IMG/VR virus record: IMGVR_UViG_3300019874_000001
Span: 1-40,176 of that record
Strand: one strand, 5' to 3'
From: a virus
Lineage: Duplodnaviria > Caudoviricetes
Length of the DNA stretch: 40,176 nucleotides
Part shown: positions 34,594-40,176 of the stretch, piece by piece
Layout: every line of letters begins with the position of its first letter
Numbering within the stretch: position 1 is the stretch's first letter
Notes under the pieces: model-generated
The model's input: only the letters and a program-made list of their open reading frames with translations
Told to the model about the DNA's origin: nothing
The model's database searches: none
Made by a program: the position numbers and the translations under genes

Positions 34594-36654
34594 CTATTGT
34601 TTAAGAGCTTGCGCCCGTTTCATGTCTTTCTGCAATTCGGCATCTGCCTCTTGCTTCTCTTGCAGCCTTAAATCTGCTGCGAGCTGTAGAACCTCGATCA
34701 AACGCTTACGAGGTATATCTTCAATCTGTGCGATAGTCTTGGCGTTATCCAAGAATGCTTTCGCGTGGTTCTGTGTAACCTCAGACTCTCTTTCTTTAGC
34801 TAGGCCTATGTCTGCTAGCACTCTAGCTCTACGCTCTTCAGCTAAGGCATTAGATTGGTTTACAGAAGCCATATCTAACATTTTCTGCATCTGTGCGGCT
34901 TCTTGTTCCATCTGTGCGACTTGCTGCTGTTGTTCTTGCTGCTGAGCTAAGATTTCATGTAGTTTCGTACTTCCCTGTAGAGGAGCTACTTCTAAGATCT
35001 TATCCCAAGGAATAGGAGCGCCTAGAGCTACTAACTGAAGCAATTGATAATAATAGGCTTCTCTTTGCGTCGAAGTCTTAACAGCTTGCTTGATAGCGCA
35101 GTCATATTCTTCAAATTGACCCGAGAAGAATTCTTCTGTAGGCTCTTCTCCAATGATTCTAGCGATCTTCCCTGGAGAGTAATTCTTCTGAATAGCTTCT
35201 ATGACTAGCTTGCCTAAGTATTTCTTGCTTTGCTCAAGATTGTCGAAGATGCCTCTATTGCCTTTGAGCCCATTCGAGGCTCTAACTTCTGCCAACTTCC
35301 CTGACACTTGTGAGTCACCAACGCTAGAAAGACCCAAGAGCTCATCAGAAGCACCAGGGATCTCCATGATGTTTTTGTCAATGATGTCTTGGTATTGCAA
35401 ATATCCTGGAGGAATATTAGGAGCGCTAATCTCTTTAATGTCTGTATTAACATCATAACCCTCGTTCATTACGATCTGCTTACCTTGCCCGGCTTGCATC
35501 AGCATATTAGGATCTAATACAGCGCCGTTCTTAGTGATCCAACCGGAGTTAATAATAGACTCCATAAGGTCTATAATTTGAGAATGGCGACGATTATATT
35601 GTCTTTGAGCATCTATGACACTTCGTACTATGCCTTGTATCTTAAGCTCAAAAGTGTCTATTAAAGGCTCGTGATATAGTAACACTGGGATGAAAGGGTA
35701 ATTATCAAGGCCAGTCGGATCTGGACCGGAATACAATAATTGCCCTGAGACAATGATATTTAGCTCTACGCTGCGCTTATGTGAGTTTATGAGCTCTAGC
35801 CTAGGAGGAAGACCTTGAGAAGCTAACCTAGCTGCTTCTTGCTTAAGTTCCGCTTTAAGAGCTCTTTCTTCATCTCTATCGCCATTCCACTCTTCCGTGA
35901 CACCTGTCTCCATGTCTACGAGAAATTTCTGCTCTTTGTTTATGCGCTTCCAATATTGATCATAAGTGCATAAGTTTTTGGCAATGTAGGTAGAGTTGTA
36001 TTGTCTATAGATGCCTAGATATTGATACTTGTTGTCTCTAATGCCTGTAGGTAGATTATCTATGACGCTTGGATCTATCCAAGGCATTATAGACTTGATT
36101 TGTTCTTTGGATAGTAAGTCTCTAGTACTTGCCTGATCGCAGTCGCTCAGATCTCTTTTAGTGAAATAAGGATCTAACATCAATGCATTGAAAGGCTTCC
36201 AATACATCTTAATATCGCCATTAACCTTATCTCTGGAATAATCCATATATAAGCCAATGATCGCTAGCCCGGTCTTTAAGCTATGTTCAAACGCTTCTGA
36301 AACGATGTAATCTGCATTGGCTTTATCGTAGACGTAATACATAACATCTGAGAATTGATCGGCTGTTTTGACATCCGAACCCTCTACAGGAGTGCAAACG
36401 GTAGCGGTCCTATTCTCTCTTTCGTAACCGGAATATAGATTTACAACTCTGCGTATTTTATTGAGTTCCAAAACCATTCGATTTTGCTTAAGGAGCTTTG
36501 ACTTCTCTAGATTAGTCCAATTATCCCCGGCATAGGCTCTCAAGTCACGATATGCTGCGCTATAAAAAACTCCCCAAGTTCTATAAGCATCGTAAAAAAA
36601 ACTTGAAAACTGTGCAACTTTGTCATTTCCCCCTAGTCCGATATAAGTACTCAT
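34594..36654 (-). CDS. Portal protein (P22-like, with barrel coiled coil)
   Basis: YAGDNW, LELNKI...V....GYE, GIVR...DAQRQYNRR.S, Gln-rich C-terminal helix. Confidence 0.9.
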   Translation of the reverse strand: MSTYIGLGGNDKVAQFSSFFYDAYRTWGVFYSAAYRDLRAYAGDNWTNLEKSKLLKQNRMVLELNKIRRVVNLYSGYERENRTATVCTPVEGSDVKTADQFSDVMYYVYDKANADYIVSEAFEHSLKTGLAIIGLYMDYSRDKVNGDIKMYWKPFNALMLDPYFTKRDLSDCDQASTRDLLSKEQIKSIMPWIDPSVIDNLPTGIRDNKYQYLGIYRQYNSTYIAKNLCTYDQYWKRINKEQKFLVDMETGVTEEWNGDRDEERALKAELKQEAARLASQGLPPRLELINSHKRSVELNIIVSGQLLYSGPDPTGLDNYPFIPVLLYHEPLIDTFELKIQGIVRSVIDAQRQYNRRHSQIIDLMESIINSGWITKNGAVLDPNMLMQAGQGKQIVMNEGYDVNTDIKEISAPNIPPGYLQYQDIIDKNIMEIPGASDELLGLSSVGDSQVSGKLAEVRASNGLKGNRGIFDNLEQSKKYLGKLVIEAIQKNYSPGKIARIIGEEPTEEFFSGQFEEYDCAIKQAVKTSTQREAYYYQLLQLVALGAPIPWDKILEVAPLQGSTKLHEILAQQQEQQQQVAQMEQEAAQMQKMLDMASVNQSNALAEERRARVLADIGLAKERESEVTQNHAKAFLDNAKTIAQIEDIPRKRLIEVLQLAADLRLQEKQEADAELQKDMKRAQALKQ

Positions 36655-36664
36655 GCATTTCTCC

Positions 36665-36694
36665 TTGACAAACCATCTACAGCATAAGTACGAT
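36665..36694 (+). promoter_or_regulatory. Promoter of the HNH gene
   Basis: TTGACA-18-TACGAT. Confidence 0.5.
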
Positions 36695-36719
36695 AATATT
36701 CATAAACCGAGTATGTTTT

Positions 36720-37283
36720 ATGTTTAAAGTTTTTGCAGGAAGAAAGTTTAACGTTGATGAATCTGGCTATTTGCATATGAAGGGAATTCGTCTGCATAGA
36801 ATTGTTTGGGAAATCCATAATGGCCCAATTCCTAAGGGATTTGATATTCACCATAAAGATGGAGACAAACTTAATAACGCTATTAACAATCTTGGATGTT
36901 TGAGTCACTCTGAACATCTTTCCATTCATATGAAAGAAAACTCCGAAAAGGTTCACGCTTGGCATAAATCTCCTGAAGGAAGAAAATATCTTGGAGAAAA
37001 AGCATCTAAATTAATGGCCGAGCGTCCATTCAAAACCTTTACTTGCCCCCAATGCAAAAAAAACTTCCTATCACAAAATGTGCATCGAGTAAAATATTGC
37101 GGTATTAACTGCCAACAAGCTGCTAGACGCTTAAGAGGAGATGATTCTATTGAAAGAAGTTGTGTCATCTGTTTAAAATCCTTTATTATCAATAAATATC
37201 AAAAAACCCTCACTTGTGGCTATAAATGTGGATCTCTCTATCGCACTCGTCTTGCTAAAGGAAAGAGAAAGTCTAAAAAATAA
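36720..37283 (+). CDS. Free-standing HNH homing endonuclease with C-terminal Zn fingers
   Basis: LHRIVWEIHNGPIPKGFDIHHKDGDKLNN...NL...HSEH; CxxC...CxxxC repeats. Confidence 0.9.
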   Translation: MFKVFAGRKFNVDESGYLHMKGIRLHRIVWEIHNGPIPKGFDIHHKDGDKLNNAINNLGCLSHSEHLSIHMKENSEKVHAWHKSPEGRKYLGEKASKLMAERPFKTFTCPQCKKNFLSQNVHRVKYCGINCQQAARRLRGDDSIERSCVICLKSFIINKYQKTLTCGYKCGSLYRTRLAKGKRKSKK

Positions 37284-37306
37284 CTTGACACTCAAGATAA
37301 ATTTTT

Positions 37307-38797
37307 TTAGATCCATTCTTTTCTCATTCTATTCCACTCTTCTGCCGTCATTCCGGCTCCTGAGCCGGTACGCTGCACTGCTTCTGAAGCGTAAATCAAA
37401 GCCTTAGATCCGTGAGAAGCCCAGTCGTGGTAGCTTTTTTCTCTATAGCATCCAAGCTTCTCATTCCACTCTTTCCTAAAGCTCTCGAGGGCCTTGATGC
37501 CTTTGTCGCATTTATTCGCATCGAAGAAGAATCTTGGTAGCATGCTTCTTAAGCACTCTATGCCAAACATTTCGTTAGTATCTCTTGGCAATATGTCTAT
37601 CTTTAGTCCCATTGTTCTTGCTAGATCGGCAAATGACTTTCCTGATCCCTTCTCTCTCGATGCGGCATCATGAGGCAAAAAGTGCTTCTCGAAGATATAC
37701 GGCTTATTCTTAAGCCATTTCACATAGTGCGCTAAGGCTTCGTCACTGTTCTCGTAGTAATCTATACAATGAACTTCTTTGCCTATGAGCTGGAAGATCC
37801 ATATGGCACATGAATCGCCTATGCCTATATCCCAGGCACTATATGTCCTAGCGTTCTCATCGTAAGGTAAGTGACATATCCTATGTTCTTGCCTAGCGCT
37901 AGATATCATCTTAGCGAAGTAATAGCCTTCGTTAGCTGTCTCAAATGCTTCTTCGGGTGTAGAGGGGTATTCCCTCTTCATGTACTCACCTTGTGTCAGC
38001 ATTTTCTTTACATACCAGGCTTTCTGCTCGGGAGTTAAAATAATATCTTTATTTTCTAAGCCCTCAAAATACTCTGACATGTCCTTACTTATCAATACAT
38101 TTTTTGAATCTAAAACATAATCTGGATGTTGCCACCAAGCGAAGAACCAAAGCTTCCAATCTAGAGTACCTAAAGGAGTCTGAGAATCTTCCATTGCCTG
38201 GGCTGATTTGCATAGAGAGTAAAAGTGTCCATCTCTGCCTCTGGCTGTAGACTCAATGCACACAAACTGACCTGCTTGGACAGCATTAAGAGCTCCAGAG
38301 ATAATTTCGTTAGCTTTCGTGGGGTTTTCCTGACAAACCTTCGCAAACTCTGTGATGTGTAAGAGCTGAAGGGTACCGCCTCGTAGAGAAGTAGCCACTC
38401 TAAATACTGAACCATTGGCAAAGCGCATCTCATGAACGTTATCCCTATACGCACAGCACATGTCTCTAACGAACTTAGGTAAATTGTCATAGGCGAATTT
38501 AACCTTATCCACAAAGATTTCTCGGGCAATGTCTTTATTGTCGGCAACTATTGCCGCATTGGTATTAGGCTGGAATAAGCAATAATCTAGAAATAATAAC
38601 GCATGAAAGGTTGTAATCCCAAGCTGCCTAGCTTTTAAGACAATGTTCAGATTATGCGCCTTAAGCAAAGTCTTCTGGGCCCAGTTTGGAGAAAAATCTA
38701 CGACATTTCCTTCTTTATCTTTGATTTTATATAGATTATTCATCCGCCATTCTTGATCTCTGAGGAGCGCGAAAGCGTGTTCTTGCGTTAATGTCAT
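37307..38797 (-). CDS. terL: Terminase large subunit
   Basis: Walker A LKARQLGITT, Walker B LHITE, motif III IESTA, nuclease AWDIG.GD, LPHDA, HDWASHG. Confidence 0.95.
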   Translation of the reverse strand: MTLTQEHAFALLRDQEWRMNNLYKIKDKEGNVVDFSPNWAQKTLLKAHNLNIVLKARQLGITTFHALLFLDYCLFQPNTNAAIVADNKDIAREIFVDKVKFAYDNLPKFVRDMCCAYRDNVHEMRFANGSVFRVATSLRGGTLQLLHITEFAKVCQENPTKANEIISGALNAVQAGQFVCIESTARGRDGHFYSLCKSAQAMEDSQTPLGTLDWKLWFFAWWQHPDYVLDSKNVLISKDMSEYFEGLENKDIILTPEQKAWYVKKMLTQGEYMKREYPSTPEEAFETANEGYYFAKMISSARQEHRICHLPYDENARTYSAWDIGIGDSCAIWIFQLIGKEVHCIDYYENSDEALAHYVKWLKNKPYIFEKHFLPHDAASREKGSGKSFADLARTMGLKIDILPRDTNEMFGIECLRSMLPRFFFDANKCDKGIKALESFRKEWNEKLGCYREKSYHDWASHGSKALIYASEAVQRTGSGAGMTAEEWNRMRKEWI

Positions 38798-38862
38798 GCA
38801 TTTCTTTTATCAAATAAAAAATTTACTTTACACAAATATTTACACTCGCAAAGAAACTTTTC

Positions 38863-38891
38863 TTGAAGAGGTATATATACTTTGATATATT
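38863..38891 (+). promoter_or_regulatory. Promoter of a two-gene moron
   Basis: TTGAAG-17-TATATT with extended -10. Confidence 0.55.
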
Positions 38892-38913
38892 GCTCCATGA
38901 AAAGGAGAAAATA

Positions 38914-39180
38914 ATGAATCAATCTTACATGGAAATGAAACTTCATCTTGATGGTGAAGACCCTAAAATACTTCGTATCCCTACTCTATGGGATGCTATA
39001 GAGAATCAATGGATAGGCTTTATCCAAACGCCTAAGACCAAGAAGATACTCTCTGGAAAAGGGAAAACCTCTTTCGACTTGCAAAATGATTTTAATATAA
39101 ACATGAGCTCCATCTTCAATGATCCTTTATATTTCGAAGAAGTGTACTCTATGTTTAAGCCTGAGAGCGAATGGAAGTAA
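38914..39180 (+). CDS. Hypothetical protein (88 aa)
   Basis: Start moved to ATG 38914 with AAGGAG RBS. Confidence 0.7.
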   Translation: MNQSYMEMKLHLDGEDPKILRIPTLWDAIENQWIGFIQTPKTKKILSGKGKTSFDLQNDFNINMSSIFNDPLYFEEVYSMFKPESEWK

Positions 39181-39704
39181 AGATTCTCCCTTCAAAGCTT
39201 TATCATTATTCCAAAGAAGAAATCAAAGAACTTAGACAAGATTTCCATGAACCTCAAATAGATGCCTGGGGTTTCTGCATGAAGCCCTATGGCCTATGGG
39301 TAAGCGTTGAAGACTATGAAGATGATGTAAATTGGAAGCAATGGAGTCTTTCTGAAGAATTTAGACTAGAACATCTTAAATATAGATATTCTGTAAATAT
39401 CGTAAAGAAGTCCAACATTTTGTTTCTTAACAGCTCAGAAGAATTAACTATATTTTCTCTAGAATATGAATCTCCACAGGTTAATCATAAATACGAATAC
39501 TTGAAATACATATACTCCATAGACTGGGAGAGAGTGATGACAGAATATGATGGCATCATCATAGCGCCATATATATGGTCATGTAGATTAGACAACCCTG
39601 CTACTTCTTGGTATTACGGCTGGGACTGCGCTAGTGGCTGCATATGGAATATAGATGCTATAGAGATTAAGGAATGCCAGGAGGAGGAAAATGCGAAGGA
39701 TTAA
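39171..39704 (+). CDS. Conserved hypothetical protein, possible ADP-ribosyltransferase-like fold
   Basis: LYH...KPYGLWVS...IDW....EYDGI...WYYGWDCAS motifs. Confidence 0.65.
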   Translation: MEVKILPSKLYHYSKEEIKELRQDFHEPQIDAWGFCMKPYGLWVSVEDYEDDVNWKQWSLSEEFRLEHLKYRYSVNIVKKSNILFLNSSEELTIFSLEYESPQVNHKYEYLKYIYSIDWERVMTEYDGIIIAPYIWSCRLDNPATSWYYGWDCASGCIWNIDAIEIKECQEEENAKD

Positions 39705-40110
39705 CGCACAATATCTCTGGGCCATTTATGATAAATTGTCCACCTTGAATATACGTAGTAAAATTACGCCCATCAATAGGAACACCACTAGCATCATATA
39801 GCTGAAAAGTGTCGGCGGTTGCTTGCTGCACATAAAAAAGCCTATTATTAAGCTGTTCCATGCCAGTAGCATTAGAAACCGGAGTATATATAAACTTAGA
39901 AGTTCTAAGCGCTTGCCCATTACTTAAGCCATGTCCTGTTTTTGTGACTACTATAGGAAGACTTGCCGTTATTGCTTCTGGAGTGAATTGTCTCACCGTG
40001 AAATGACTTGGTGAACTATCGGGAGTATTTGGATAAGGCGACAAAGGCTGCGTATCTATAAATTGATATAATACACTATTGGGATCTTGAGGATTTGGTC
40101 CACTGCTCAT
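39667..40110 (-). CDS. E1-FCCH-like domain protein
   Basis: AITASLPIVVTKTGHGLSNG...GMEQLNNRLFYV.....DTFQLYD....IDG..FTTY..GG. Confidence 0.75.
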   Translation of the reverse strand: MSSGPNPQDPNSVLYQFIDTQPLSPYPNTPDSSPSHFTVRQFTPEAITASLPIVVTKTGHGLSNGQALRTSKFIYTPVSNATGMEQLNNRLFYVQQATADTFQLYDASGVPIDGRNFTTYIQGGQFIINGPEILCVNPSHFPPPGIP

Positions 40111-40176
40111 ATTTACCTATTTACGTAAATTTACTCTATCGTATAAATATATATTAACAAAGAGAAACACTATGCC
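40050..40176. repeat. Terminal overlap, identical to 1..127
   Basis: Exact identity. Confidence 0.95.

Noticed and set aside
508-39920. Many antisense or nested ORFs in the track (e.g. 1945..2403, 7468..7725, 21180..21506, 34586..34945, 36651..36965, 38170..38547)
   Set aside because: They overlap well-supported genes, lack RBS or motifs, and have shadow-like composition.
1-40176. Alternative genetic code
   Set aside because: Long conserved genes are intact under code 11, and TAA, TAG and TGA all end genes at sensible positions.

Overview
The window is a complete circular genome (40,049 bp unique; bases 1-127 recur exactly at 40050-40176) of a tailed dsDNA phage with a P22/N4-like podovirus virion module. 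The minus strand carries terL, portal, scaffold, N4-gp56-type major capsid, adaptor, nozzle, three probable ejection proteins and several tail fibre/spike genes. Other modules are a lambdoid-style replication operon (initiator with internal iterons, DnaC-like loader, RusA), an ERF plus PD-(D/E)XK recombination pair, a plus-strand early/accessory operon ending in a short serine recombinase, and an accessory block between terS and terL. The main signals missed by the ORF track are: (1) a 319-nt group I intron splitting the capsid gene at LTEG|VTP, with a 48-aa Cys-rich mini-ORF instead of a homing endonuclease; (2) a tRNA-like gene with an 11-nt-expanded anticodon arm in the same gene run as an Rnl2/DRB0094-type RNA ligase; (3) a long leader hairpin occluding the start of the replication operon; (4) a repeated TGTAAA-N5-TTTACA palindrome; and (5) many micropeptides. 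No endolysin, holin or full-length integrase was recognisable. All family calls come from motif recognition by eye; no database searches were run.
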